Positions 33,927 through 43,799 are shown, numbered from the stretch's first letter. The stretch is DNA of 64,000 nt from an uncultured Gemmatimonadales bacterium (GCA_963728915.1 CAVSLV010000001.1:1472001-1536000); one strand, 5' to 3'. The notes: a model not told the origin generated them from the sequence alone. Numbers and translations: made by a program.

Positions 33927-34139
33927 ATGATCAACCCCACCCCTGCGCTGCGGCGCCTGGAGGCCGAGTACGCGCGGAACACCGACGGAATCCCATTCCC
34001 TGAGGCACTCCAACGCTTCGCCGCATTGGGGGGGTATGCCCGGCGGCTCAACCCGGCCATCGGGGCCGACTGGGTCGAGGATCTTGCGGCTGATCGCGCG
34101 ATCGCGCGGGCGGTGAATGGCCTCCCCCCCGCTCCCTGA
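33927..34139 (+). CDS. Small hypothetical protein, probable partner of the downstream nucleotidyltransferase
   Basis: 70-aa helical ORF overlapping the start of the next gene. Confidence 0.55.
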   Translation: MINPTPALRRLEAEYARNTDGIPFPEALQRFAALGGYARRLNPAIGADWVEDLAADRAIARAVNGLPPAP

Positions 34140-34697
34140 TTCCTCCCGCCTTCTGGCCGATCTCAGCCGGGCCCTCGCAGCTCGGCGGATCGGCTTCATG
34201 CTCATTGGCGGCCAGGCCTGTATTGCTCCATGGACAGACCAGACTCACCGAAGACGTCGATGTGACCCTGGGTGCGGACCCTTCCAGTCTACCCCTCCTG
34301 CTGGACCACTGCCGCGAGCTCGGCCTCGATCTCCTGCCGGAACACCCTGCCGAGTTCGTGGCGGAGACGTTTGCGCTTCCAGTGCGCGACTCGGCCACCG
34401 GGTCGACTTCATCTTTTCCACCACCGCCTACGAACGCCAGGCCATTGTCCGGACAATCCCGGTGCTCCTCGCGGGTGTAGCTGTGCCATTCGCGACTGCC
34501 GAGGGCCTGGTCATCCACTGTTCGCAGCACGTGCCCGGGACCTCGAGGATGCCGGGGTGATCCGGCGTAAGGGGACGGAGCTGGACTGGGACTACCTGGA
34601 ACGATGGGCCGGTGAATTTGCCCTCGTCCCAGGACGGGAGGGGCTGCCTGCGCTCTTGAGTGGCCTGCGAACCACCCATCGGAAGGAACGCCCTTAG
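34117..34697 (+). pseudogene. AbiEii/DUF6036-like nucleotidyltransferase with about 3 frameshifts
   Basis: Joined frames: FMLIGGQA / VLLHGQTRLTEDVDVT / RVDFIF...FATAEGLVIH / LFAARARDLED...LDWDYLERW. Confidence 0.75.
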
Positions 34698-34706
34698 TCG
34701 ATCGGC

Positions 34707-35663
34707 TCAAATCTCCCAGTTGGAAAAGACCACCGCTCCGTTCCCGGTTTCCTGCTCCGCTCCGTCGAGCGTCATCCGCAGATCGGTCCAGTGAACCCGG
34801 TAGCCCAGCTCGAGCAACGCACCATAGGCTTCCCGATACGCGGTCTGGCAACGGATCGCGACCCGACGCGCCCCGCGGGCCCACCCGGCAGCTTCCACGG
34901 CCCGGATCAGCTCGCGGAACGCCGCTCCTTCCCGCGCCACCAGCTTGAGCACCCGCACTTCGTCTTCGGCCTTTCCCTCGGCGAGCGAGGCCGAATGCCA
35001 GAGCGCAAACCCGGCGAGCCCATCCTTGCGATGGAGAAGCGTGGTATCGCCCAGGCCAAGCTCGCGGGTCAGGCCGATCTCCCTGGAGAAATCAAGGCCC
35101 GGCATCACCCGCTCGGTCAGGGCCCGGCACGCGGCGACCGAAGCGGCCGCCTCTCCCACCGAAAGGAGTCCCGCGCCTTCGGCGCCCTGGGGCGCGTGCT
35201 GGAGGTCGCGGGTCAGGCTCACCGTGAGATACCCGGGCCGGAACCCCAGCCGGGAATAGAACCCGATGTTCTCCACGGTGCGCGGCATGGTCTCGAGCCC
35301 GATCACCTGCGCCCCGGACTCCCGGAGCCAGCGGATCCCGGTCTCTACGATCAGGCCGCCGATCCCCTCGCCCTGCCTGCCCGGCCGCACCGCGAGCGGA
35401 CCCATCCACCCTTCCGAGCCGCAATGGTGAGCCAGGTTGAAGGCGATGACCTGGCCCGACCCGTCGCGCCACTGCATCGCGCCCGCACCAGCCGCCTGAA
35501 TCGCGAACTTCCAGATGGCGGGATTGAGCGGCGGCACCCGCACCCCGCTCAGGCCATCCCGCTGGTACCGGTCGGTGAACGCCTCGGTGAAGACCTGATT
35601 CACCTGCGCAATGGTGTCCGGGCGGAGCGGCTCGGGACCGACGACCCGCTCAGGCCGCGGCAT
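34707..35663 (-). CDS. GNAT-family N-acetyltransferase (two-domain)
   Basis: GPLAVRPGRQGEGIG, NIGFYSRLGF. Confidence 0.88.
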   Translation of the reverse strand: MPRPERVVGPEPLRPDTIAQVNQVFTEAFTDRYQRDGLSGVRVPPLNPAIWKFAIQAAGAGAMQWRDGSGQVIAFNLAHHCGSEGWMGPLAVRPGRQGEGIGGLIVETGIRWLRESGAQVIGLETMPRTVENIGFYSRLGFRPGYLTVSLTRDLQHAPQGAEGAGLLSVGEAAASVAACRALTERVMPGLDFSREIGLTRELGLGDTTLLHRKDGLAGFALWHSASLAEGKAEDEVRVLKLVAREGAAFRELIRAVEAAGWARGARRVAIRCQTAYREAYGALLELGYRVHWTDLRMTLDGAEQETGNGAVVFSNWEI

Positions 35664-38061
35664 CGCGCGACTCGGCGACCGCACGAGCCACCCCGCGCTC
35701 GACGTCGTAGCTCATCCGGATGACCCGGTCGAAGCCGTCCCGGACCGATTCGATGTGGGTGATGAGAATGACCTGGGGGAACCGATCGGCCAGGTTGCGG
35801 AGCAGATCCATGACCGCGGTGCGGCGGTCCTCGTCGAGCGAGCCGAAGATCTCGTCGAGCACCAGCAGCGAGAGCGGCTGCCCGGCGCGCTCCGCGATCA
35901 TCTGGCTGATCGCGAGACGGAGGGCGAGGTTGGCGACGTCTTCCTCGCCCCCCGAGATGACTTTCTTGGGCTCTCCGTCTTCGACGATGGTGGCGAGGTA
36001 ATCCTCGTCCAGCTCGAGGTCGGTGTATCGCCCCGCCGTGAGGTCGCGGAGGAAACCCGACGCGAGGTCGGAGAGGTCGGGGCGCAACGCCTCGTTGAGC
36101 TCGTGGCGCAGGTCCCCTAACGCGCGATCCAGCTCGTGCGACAGCAGTGACTCGTCGGCGAGCCGCTGCACTTCGGCGAGCCGGCGCTCCCGCTCCGACC
36201 GCCGCCGCTCGATCTCCGCGCGCTGCGACAGAGCATTCGTCAACTCACCCGCCGCCCGCTCCTGGCCCAGCTCGGCCTGCTGGGCCTGGCGCTCGGTTTC
36301 CCGGATCCGGGTGCGCACCGCTTCGAATGCTTCGGGAGACCAGCCCAGACCGTCGAGCTGAAGCCGGAGATCCTTGACCCGGGCCTCCAGCACCGACAGC
36401 TCCTGCTCCGCGAGCGCGAATCGGGGCGCCAGCTCTCCGGCGCGCTCCGCGGCGAACTGGAGCCGGAGCGCCTGGGTTTCGAGCGGCTCGAGCGCGGCGA
36501 TGTGGCGGCGGACATCGCCGAGGCGCGCCTCGTCGGCCTGGGCCGGCCCCGAGCCAAGCTGGGCGGCCAGTTCGGCGCGCTGCTTCGCCAGACCATCCTG
36601 CTCCGACGTCACCCGGACCCGCTCCTTGAGCTGCTGATCCAGCCGCGCGGTCTGCTCGGTGAACTTGCGAACATCCCGCTGAAGGACCGTTTGCCGTTTC
36701 CGCAGCTCGGCGAGCTGGGCCGGCTCGGCTTTGAGCTGGTCGAGCTTCTGACGGTAGTAGGTCCCTTGATCGAGCACCTCATCGAGCTGGCGGCCGAGCT
36801 TTTCTACCACTGACTCATAGGTCCCGCCGAGCGGCTGGGAGCAGATCGGGCAATCGCCCAGAGGGCCCGCATGCTCGAGGTGTTTGCGCTGCTTCTCGAA
36901 GTCGGCATGCTGTTCGAGCAGATTCTTCCGGGTCGTCTCCGCGTCCTGCTTTTCGCGGACCCAGGCTGCCTGCGCGGTTTCGATATCGTGGCTCACCCGA
37001 TCGAGCTCGTCCTGGGCGCCCACCCGTGACGCCTTGGCCGTCTCGAAGGCCGCGGGCTCGGGCAGCTCGCGGAGCCGTTTCGTGACGCGCTGGAGCTGCC
37101 GGTCGAGCTCGGCGACTCTGCCCTCCAGGCTCCGCCTGGCGGAGACCTGCTCCAGCTCAGCCTCGAGACGGGTCCGTTCCTCACGCAGGACGGGAAGCGG
37201 CGCCACGCTGGGCAACAGCTCATCGAGCTTCGTCTTGGCGCCCAGCGCCTCGGCCAGCTCCTTGTCGAGCTGCCCGCACTGCTGCTTTGCGTCGGTGGCG
37301 CGGTGCTGGGCGAGCTTGAGGTCGCTTTCCAGGGATGCCACCTGGCGCTGCAGGCCTTCCCAGCGCGCGCCTTCGGGCGCCAGCTTCACCAGAGTTGCGC
37401 GAGCGGTCTTGAGGGCGGCGGCGGCCCGCGCGACCGCTTCCTCGGCGAGCTTGACCCTGGTATCGGCGAGCTCCGCGTCGGCGGCAAGCTGGGCCGGATC
37501 GACCAGCTCACTTCTCCGCGCGTCGAGCGCGGCCTGGGTCGAGCGGTGGCGTTCCTTGAGGCGCTGCTGCGCGTCCCGCAACTTCTCGTAGCCCAACACC
37601 CGGCTCAGGAACTGGGCTCGCTCCGGCGCGGTCATCTGCGCCATGATGGCGAGCTCCTTCTGCCCGGTGAAGTAGGTGTTGAAGAACTCCTGCCGGGTCA
37701 TGCCGAGGAGTCGGGTGAGCTTGTCGGTGACGGCGATGACGCTGTTGGCGATCGGGGCAGGCTCGCTGTCGAGATAGAGCTGAGCCTGCTGGAGCGTGCG
37801 GACCACCCGGTAGCGGTGGGGGCCGAGCTCGAAGTCGAGCTCGACTTCGACGCGCGAGCGGGGCGGCGCGCCCCGACGCTTGATGGTCTCCTTGGTGCCC
37901 CGCGCGGCGTCGGTTCCATAGATGGCCCAGGCGATCGCCTCGAGCAGCGTGGTCTTCCCCGCCCCGTTCGGGCCGATGATCCCGGTTAGCCCACGCTCGA
38001 ACTCCACCACCGTTTCGGCGTGCTGCCGGAAATTGAGGAGCCGGAGCCGGTTGATCTGCAT
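35650..38061 (-). CDS. sbcC: Rad50/SbcC SMC-like ATPase
   Basis: NFRQH, GPNGAGKTT, coiled coil with CPIC zinc hook, ISGGE signature, LDEIFGSLD. Confidence 0.93.
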   Translation of the reverse strand: MQINRLRLLNFRQHAETVVEFERGLTGIIGPNGAGKTTLLEAIAWAIYGTDAARGTKETIKRRGAPPRSRVEVELDFELGPHRYRVVRTLQQAQLYLDSEPAPIANSVIAVTDKLTRLLGMTRQEFFNTYFTGQKELAIMAQMTAPERAQFLSRVLGYEKLRDAQQRLKERHRSTQAALDARRSELVDPAQLAADAELADTRVKLAEEAVARAAAALKTARATLVKLAPEGARWEGLQRQVASLESDLKLAQHRATDAKQQCGQLDKELAEALGAKTKLDELLPSVAPLPVLREERTRLEAELEQVSARRSLEGRVAELDRQLQRVTKRLRELPEPAAFETAKASRVGAQDELDRVSHDIETAQAAWVREKQDAETTRKNLLEQHADFEKQRKHLEHAGPLGDCPICSQPLGGTYESVVEKLGRQLDEVLDQGTYYRQKLDQLKAEPAQLAELRKRQTVLQRDVRKFTEQTARLDQQLKERVRVTSEQDGLAKQRAELAAQLGSGPAQADEARLGDVRRHIAALEPLETQALRLQFAAERAGELAPRFALAEQELSVLEARVKDLRLQLDGLGWSPEAFEAVRTRIRETERQAQQAELGQERAAGELTNALSQRAEIERRRSERERRLAEVQRLADESLLSHELDRALGDLRHELNEALRPDLSDLASGFLRDLTAGRYTDLELDEDYLATIVEDGEPKKVISGGEEDVANLALRLAISQMIAERAGQPLSLLVLDEIFGSLDEDRRTAVMDLLRNLADRFPQVILITHIESVRDGFDRVIRMSYDVERGVARAVAESRDAAA

Positions 38062-39239
38062 CAGCCGGCCTCCACGCCGTCGCGCTCGACTTCGGCCATG
38101 AGCTCCAAACCCAGGGAGACGAACCGCTCCCGGGAGATCCGCTCGGGGAGTGGCCGCCGGCTCAGGAACTCGCCGACCAGCTCGGGCAGGGTCTGGCGCT
38201 GGCCCGGCGCTCCCATTCCCACGGTGCGCGAGGTCATCGGTCGCCGGCAGTCGAGATGGAAGTGGAGGGCATCGGCGCGCGCCATCCGGATGGCGGCGTG
38301 ATCCAGCTCACGCATCACTTCGCGGGGGATGTTCTCCACCACGAGCCGCACGATTGCATCGTGGATTCCGCCGGGGACAAGATTGATCCGTTCGCCGATG
38401 GCCCGATCGATCTCCGCGGGCGAGCGACCGTCGGCATCGATCATCGGGGCATCCCAGATCCGGCGCGCGCTGGGAACCGGCCGGGACTCGACCTTTCCGG
38501 TCTCGAGATCGACGAGCAGCCATCCCTTGCCGGGCAGGCCTTTCAGAGCCTCCTCGACCAGCTCCCCCCAGATGTTGGTGCTGGTGTACTCCAGCGCTCC
38601 CGAGTACCAGCAGCGGGGGAAGACCTCGTGCTGCACGTGGTAGTGGCCCAGGGCGCAGTAGGACCACTTCTCCCGACGCAGCTCCTCGATCGAGATCGGA
38701 AGGCCACCGTATTCCATGAGGGCGCGGTCGCCGGGGAGGAGACCTTCCACCTCGCCGTGCACCGTGAGCACCTGGAACGGCTCGTCGCCCTCCGGATGCA
38801 TCTTGACGTCGGAAGCCTGGAGCGCGGCGTGGGGAACCGCGGTGATTGAGAGGCCGAGCTCCGGGAACGCGAACCGCCGGGAATCATCGGTGGTGACATG
38901 GACGCCCAGCTCCTCATAGAGCCGGAGGATCGAGCCGATGTCGCTGCTTCGCGGGGTATCGTGATTCCCGGCGATGACGATGACGGGAGCCTCAGGCAGC
39001 CCGACCCGGAGCCGCTGGAGCTCGCGATAGGCCCACACGATCGAGCGATTGGACGGCCGCACCGCGTGGAAGAGATCGCCGGCGATGATGACCGCGTCGG
39101 GCCGCGCCTCCAGCACGCCGTCCACCGCGGCCCGGAAGGCGTAGGCGATGTCGGCTTCGCGCTGGTTGATACCGTCGGGAGTCTGCCGGTAGTACTGCCG
39201 GAATCCGAGATGCAGATCGGCCAGGTGGGCGAGCTTCAC
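38061..39239 (-). CDS. sbcD: Mre11/SbcD nuclease
   Basis: HLADLHLG, IAGDLFH, AGNHD, ALGHYH, YSGALE; GTG start at 39239. Confidence 0.93.
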   Translation of the reverse strand: MKLAHLADLHLGFRQYYRQTPDGINQREADIAYAFRAAVDGVLEARPDAVIIAGDLFHAVRPSNRSIVWAYRELQRLRVGLPEAPVIVIAGNHDTPRSSDIGSILRLYEELGVHVTTDDSRRFAFPELGLSITAVPHAALQASDVKMHPEGDEPFQVLTVHGEVEGLLPGDRALMEYGGLPISIEELRREKWSYCALGHYHVQHEVFPRCWYSGALEYTSTNIWGELVEEALKGLPGKGWLLVDLETGKVESRPVPSARRIWDAPMIDADGRSPAEIDRAIGERINLVPGGIHDAIVRLVVENIPREVMRELDHAAIRMARADALHFHLDCRRPMTSRTVGMGAPGQRQTLPELVGEFLSRRPLPERISRERFVSLGLELMAEVERDGVEAG

Positions 39240-39275
39240 ACGCCGAAAGATACTAGGGTTGTCGGGTCTGGCGTC

Positions 39276-39387
39276 GTGGAGGGCCGGGTCACCTCCCTTG
39301 CTCCGGGGTTCGCTTGGCGCGATCCATCGCATTGCCGATCCCACCTAACGCGAACCCGGTCCGCCGGTCGGTGACCCGGCCCTCCAC
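39276..39387 (-). ncRNA. Candidate structured element, copy A (hairpin with a 48-nt conserved core)
   Basis: Perfect 18-bp inverted repeat 39276-39293/39370-39387; core at 39308-39355. Strand guessed from purine-rich internal loops. Confidence 0.5.
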
Positions 39388-39489
39388 TCCGCCACCGAGC
39401 GCCGCGATGTTTGCGGTGGCTCGCCCAGCAGGCCTAGAGGGGACGGGGTGACGTGAAACGGGCGGGGTCGGAAGTGAGGAGCCGTGGGA

Positions 39490-39606
39490 GCGCGAGGGAG
39501 CGGGGTCACCTGAAGGGCGCTCCAGTTCGCGTTGCAGGATTGTGGCGGTTCGATGGAACCGGCCAAGCGAACTTAAGCGCCCGAAGGGGACCCCGTCCCC
39601 GTGCGC
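39490..39606 (+). ncRNA. Candidate structured element, copy B (inverted paralogue of copy A)
   Basis: Stems GCGGGGTC/GACCCCGT, GGGCGCT/AGCGCCC and AGTTCGC/GCGAACT; core at 39525-39572. Confidence 0.5.
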
Positions 39607-39619
39607 GACCAACGAACCC

Positions 39620-41560
39620 CTAGTACAGATCTCCGCTCGTCTTCACCGGACGCACCACGTCCCGCACCCGCACTGTCTCGGTGGGAACCTCCCGGCCCAG
39701 ACACCGGATGAAGAACGCGAGCGGCTGCTCGGGCCGAGCCCGGACCGTCGCGTTGAGCGCCTTGCGCACGTCGTCCTCCCGGCGCCCCACAATCAGCTCG
39801 GCCACCTTGTCCCGATTGATGGTGCGGTCCAGAGCCTTGAGCCGGCGGGCCACCGCCTCGGCAAAGGGCAGCTCGGGCCGGGGAGGAAACCGCTCGACCC
39901 CATCCCGCCCCGAGAGCACCGCCGGCCGGGGGAACCGGATGAAAATCGGGTGGGTGAAATGAGGATGGCGAACCAGCAGCTCACCCTTGGGGAGCGAGGC
40001 CAGCCGGGCCTTGGTGGCGAGGGAGAGCGTGGCATAACCCGGGAGCGCGAGCTCGTCCGAGTCCATTCGCCCGAGAATCATGGTACCTGAATTCCCCACT
40101 ACCCGGCGCTGGACCTGGGACCGGAACTGCTGCGCCGAGAAGAGCACCAGGCCCAGATACCGTCCCCGCTCGGAGATGTCGAGCAGCATCTTCCGCACAT
40201 AGGTGTCGGGCCCTTCGGCCGGGGCGTACTTGTTGAGCTCGTCCACGAACACGGCCACGTGATCCACGCCGAGGTCGCGTCGTTCCAGGTGCTCGCGGAG
40301 CCGGGAGACGATCCGGGCGAACACCAGGTCCTGGGCCAGCGGATCCATCCCCGCTACGTCCACCACGTACATCCCCCGGTCTTCGAACTTCCCCCAGGGA
40401 AGATCGTTGACCTCACCGTCGTCGGTGACCAGACCCTTGGCCCGGGTGCTGATGTTGCCGAGCCGATTCCGGATCTTCCGGATCGTGGCGATGTGGTGGG
40501 TTTTCCAGATCTCGCCGCCCCGGCCGGTTTCCTCCAGGAAATTGAAGATGGCCCGGAAGAACTCATCCAGCTCGGCGAAGCTCCGCACCTTGAAGGTCCG
40601 GGGCAGCGTCGCGTCCTCGAATTCCTTGCCGACCACCCGCTCGCTCAGGAAATCGATAAAGGCATCTGCCTTGGCATCGATATCATCCCGGTTGAGCAGC
40701 ACCTCGGCGTAGTCGAGCACCTCGCGAAGCCCCCAGAGCAGCGGCTCGGTGTTATCGGACAGCTCCTCGTTGGTGCGAAGCGTGTTGAGGTTTACCCCAT
40801 CGCCCTTGTACGGCGCGAAATAGCGAACGTTCCGGAACGGCTCCGGCGTGAGATCCAGGCGCGCATAGAGCCGGCGGTCCTCCTCGGAAAGCTCGGCGGG
40901 CTGATCGAGAAAACAGAGGTCCGGCCCCTTGACGTTGAAGCAGAGCGCCGCAACCCGGCCTTTGTGGGCGGGGAACGTCTGGAACAGGCTGGTGAGGAGG
41001 AACTCGACCGCGCTGGTCTTGGTCGCGAGACCTGACACGCCGGTGATGTTGAGGTGGGCCGCTTCGGGACCGAGCAGGAAATCGGCATCGAGATAGACCG
41101 GGGCCTCGAGGCCACCGGCCGCGTACACCCCGACCGGTATCCCGGTCGGTTTCTCTCCGAAGACGTAGCCATCCATCCGGAGCGCGGTCACCACGTCCTC
41201 GTCCGACGCAAGATGTACCGCCTCGAGCGGGACCGGCTGCACCGGTTCTTCAGGGACACTCCGGAGCACCGCCGCGGCGAAGAGGCGGATCTCGGTGCGG
41301 CGGGTCGGCTCTTCGAGACCAGAAGGGTCGCCTTCGGCGCCGATGACCGCGTGGATCGGGGTGAGGAGATCCGAATACGCGAAGGCATCGGTCACCACCC
41401 CGTACACCTTGCGCTCGGGAGACTCGACCCGCACGATCGCGCCGATCCCGACCGCGGATTCCCTCGCAGTCCAGAAGTAGAACTGGTGTGGTGTACTGGG
41501 CTTCTGCTCGGTCGCGACGACACGGCCCACTACCGCAGCGTTCACTTGTTCATGATCCAA
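39620..41560 (-). CDS. herA: HerA-family ATPase (HAS barrel plus bacterial-type Walker A)
   Basis: N-terminal barrel; HLNITGVSGLATKTS, FNVKGPDL, VFVDELNKYAP, ERGRYLGLVLFSAQQ. Confidence 0.85.
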   Translation of the reverse strand: MDHEQVNAAVVGRVVATEQKPSTPHQFYFWTARESAVGIGAIVRVESPERKVYGVVTDAFAYSDLLTPIHAVIGAEGDPSGLEEPTRRTEIRLFAAAVLRSVPEEPVQPVPLEAVHLASDEDVVTALRMDGYVFGEKPTGIPVGVYAAGGLEAPVYLDADFLLGPEAAHLNITGVSGLATKTSAVEFLLTSLFQTFPAHKGRVAALCFNVKGPDLCFLDQPAELSEEDRRLYARLDLTPEPFRNVRYFAPYKGDGVNLNTLRTNEELSDNTEPLLWGLREVLDYAEVLLNRDDIDAKADAFIDFLSERVVGKEFEDATLPRTFKVRSFAELDEFFRAIFNFLEETGRGGEIWKTHHIATIRKIRNRLGNISTRAKGLVTDDGEVNDLPWGKFEDRGMYVVDVAGMDPLAQDLVFARIVSRLREHLERRDLGVDHVAVFVDELNKYAPAEGPDTYVRKMLLDISERGRYLGLVLFSAQQFRSQVQRRVVGNSGTMILGRMDSDELALPGYATLSLATKARLASLPKGELLVRHPHFTHPIFIRFPRPAVLSGRDGVERFPPRPELPFAEAVARRLKALDRTINRDKVAELIVGRREDDVRKALNATVRARPEQPLAFFIRCLGREVPTETVRVRDVVRPVKTSGDLY

Positions 41561-41581
41561 GTCTTGTGCTCCTCGTCGTAT

Positions 41582-42535
41582 TCACGCAAACCGAGCCCGC
41601 AGGAACTGCTCGACGCCGTGCACGCCATAGAGCAGTCGATCCCAGCGCGGGTCGGCACTGATCGGGGCCCGCTCCGCCAGAATCCAGCGCGAGATCAGAT
41701 CGGCCATTCGCAGTGTGTCCGCAGTCGGCGCGGCCTCCACCCGGACCAATCCGTAGAACAGATCCTTGCCGGCCCAGTCCCAGAGGCGAAGGCCCCAGGC
41801 ATATACCGGCGCCCACTGGCGGGAGGCCGGCTGAAACACGCTCGATCGATGAGCCTGGGCAAGATGCAGATAGGTCACCAGGTCAGGACCGTCGAACGGC
41901 AGGGTCGCATGACTCTTCGAGACCCCGATCATGCGGGCATCGCTGGCCCAACCCGGGACTTCGGCCAGCGAGCCGTCCACCACCAGCCAGCCGGCAGATC
42001 GTTCGCGGTAGCGGTCGCCGACGATTCGCTCGACTTCCCCGCGGGCCCGGTCCACCGCGGCGCGGGCCAGCTCGAGGTCGCGGAGGGGGTGGGTGGGCTC
42101 ATCGCCCTGAAGAGCCACGGTCACCATATCCCGAAGCGCCTCACCGGTGCGGTCCAGCGCCTCAGGCCGCCCGATCACGATACGACGGCGTTCCGCCGCT
42201 ACGCAGTGCGCCTCACGCCCAACCCGTTCGCGCGCGGCCGCGGCGACATCCGCGCACACCAGCGGCATGGTGTCGACGTATCCAACCACCTCGAGCCGCT
42301 GCACCCCATCGAGGAACGTCACTGCCCCGTCCCAATGTGCGGGACCCCCGACCGGCCTGGTCATCATAGGCGATTCAACCAGCTTCCCGGGAACGATTCG
42401 GGCCTCTTCGGTCCTGCCGTGGCTTGCCGGCGGTTCGACCGACGCGGTAACCACCCCGGGCACTGCCCGGAGCCGCCGCCGCAGCTCGTTGAGAGAGGTG
42501 TGGTTTCGGGGCTCAGCCGCCGTGGCGCTGGACAA
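41582..42535 (-). CDS. nurA: NurA-like nuclease
   Basis: FLDGVQR, LVVDGSL, IGVSKSH and a C-terminal L..V..VE.FL; directly upstream of herA. Confidence 0.7.
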   Translation of the reverse strand: MSSATAAEPRNHTSLNELRRRLRAVPGVVTASVEPPASHGRTEEARIVPGKLVESPMMTRPVGGPAHWDGAVTFLDGVQRLEVVGYVDTMPLVCADVAAAARERVGREAHCVAAERRRIVIGRPEALDRTGEALRDMVTVALQGDEPTHPLRDLELARAAVDRARGEVERIVGDRYRERSAGWLVVDGSLAEVPGWASDARMIGVSKSHATLPFDGPDLVTYLHLAQAHRSSVFQPASRQWAPVYAWGLRLWDWAGKDLFYGLVRVEAAPTADTLRMADLISRWILAERAPISADPRWDRLLYGVHGVEQFLRARFA

Positions 42536-43730
42536 AGCCGAGGATCCGGTCGAGCGCGGTATCGAGCTCGCGCTCCGAGAGGGAATAGCTCAGGCGAACC
42601 CACCGGTCATCGCCGAAGGCCGCTCCCGGCACCAGCGCCACCGCCTCCTGCTTCATCAGCTCGTCGCAGAACGTGGTCCCGGTGAATCCGGGACTCGGTC
42701 CGATCCCGTCGACCCGGAAGAAGAAGTAGAACGCCCCGTGTGGCTCCACGAATTCAATGCCGGGGGCCTCCTCCCGGAAGCGGTTCACCACCAGGTCCCG
42801 GCGGTGCCCGAAGGCCTCCGCCATGCGTTGCACCTGAGCTTCCACCTCGGGATCGTTGAAGGCAGTGACCGCCGCCCACTGGGCCGGCTGGCTCGCGCCG
42901 CTGGTGACGTGCGATTGGAGGTTCGCCATGGCCTTGGCCAGATGGCTCGGGACCAGCGCCGCGCCGACCCGCCATCCGGTCATCGCATAGGCCTTGCTCG
43001 CCCCCGTGATGACCACCACCCGCTCCAGGTCGTCGTCGGGCAGATCCAGAAACGAGGGCGCGCTGCCGGCGCCGAAAAAAATCCGGCGGTAGATCTCGTC
43101 GGCAATGATCCAGATGTTGTGCCTGCGGGCCCAGGCCGCGATCGACTTGAGCTCGCTCAAGGTGTAGACCGCGCCGGTAGGGTTGCAGGGGGAACACAGG
43201 ATGAGCCCCCGCACCAGCTTGTCGGTCTTCTTCTCCAGATCGTCGGCGCTGACCTTGAGTCCCCAGTCCGGCGCACCCGGGATCATCACCGGCTCGGCGC
43301 GGGCGAGGTGGACGATCTGCGGGTAGGACACCCAGCACGGGGAAGGGATCAGGACCTTGTCGTGCGGCCCGAACAGGGTGAAACACGCGTTGAAAAGGGC
43401 CTGCTTCGAGCCCGAGCTCACGACGATGTTGTCGGCCGCGACCGGCCGGCCGTTCGAGAGGCGCGAGAGATTGTTGGCGATCGCGTAGCGCAGCTCGCTC
43501 AGCCCGGCGTTCGGCGGATAGCGGGTGTAGCCGCGCTGAATCGCGAGGACCCCCGCCTGCGCCGCCGGCCCTGGCGTGTCGAAGTCGGGCTCCCCGACTG
43601 CCAGATCGAGTACGTCCTCTCCCGCCGCCTTCCGGCGCTTGGCTTCGGCGCTGGTGGCCATCGTTTCTGAGGCACGGAGGTGTGAGACGTTGGCAGAGAG
43701 CGGATCCGGCAGCCGGATGACACGCGTCAT
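42513..43730 (-). CDS. Class I PLP aminotransferase (aspartate aminotransferase-like)
   Basis: GEPDFDTP, SPCNPTG, DEIY, SKAYAMTGWRVG. Confidence 0.95.
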   Translation of the reverse strand: MTRVIRLPDPLSANVSHLRASETMATSAEAKRRKAAGEDVLDLAVGEPDFDTPGPAAQAGVLAIQRGYTRYPPNAGLSELRYAIANNLSRLSNGRPVAADNIVVSSGSKQALFNACFTLFGPHDKVLIPSPCWVSYPQIVHLARAEPVMIPGAPDWGLKVSADDLEKKTDKLVRGLILCSPCNPTGAVYTLSELKSIAAWARRHNIWIIADEIYRRIFFGAGSAPSFLDLPDDDLERVVVITGASKAYAMTGWRVGAALVPSHLAKAMANLQSHVTSGASQPAQWAAVTAFNDPEVEAQVQRMAEAFGHRRDLVVNRFREEAPGIEFVEPHGAFYFFFRVDGIGPSPGFTGTTFCDELMKQEAVALVPGAAFGDDRWVRLSYSLSERELDTALDRILGFVQRHGG

Positions 43731-43799
43731 ATCCAGAAAATAACTACGCGGCTAGGTTTCCGGGCCGACGATCCACGCTGTTTGACAATCGAGGAGCCC

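Noticed and set aside
39340..39360. ACCTAAC as an integron attC R'' box
   Set aside because: No matching GTTRRRY box at the proper distance, no cassette array and no integron integrase.
39289..39612. Short ORFs in the herA-mre11 spacer and the N-terminal extension of mre11 to 39344
   Set aside because: No RBS or protein-like composition; Mre11 homology starts at GTG 39239.
39251..39625. CTAG at both ends and in the middle of the herA-mre11 spacer as target-site duplications of two MITEs
   Set aside because: The right CTAG is the herA Tyr-stop and the left one abuts a likely -10 box (TATCTT on the minus strand); terminal inverted repeats next to them are weak. Not accepted, but not fully excluded.
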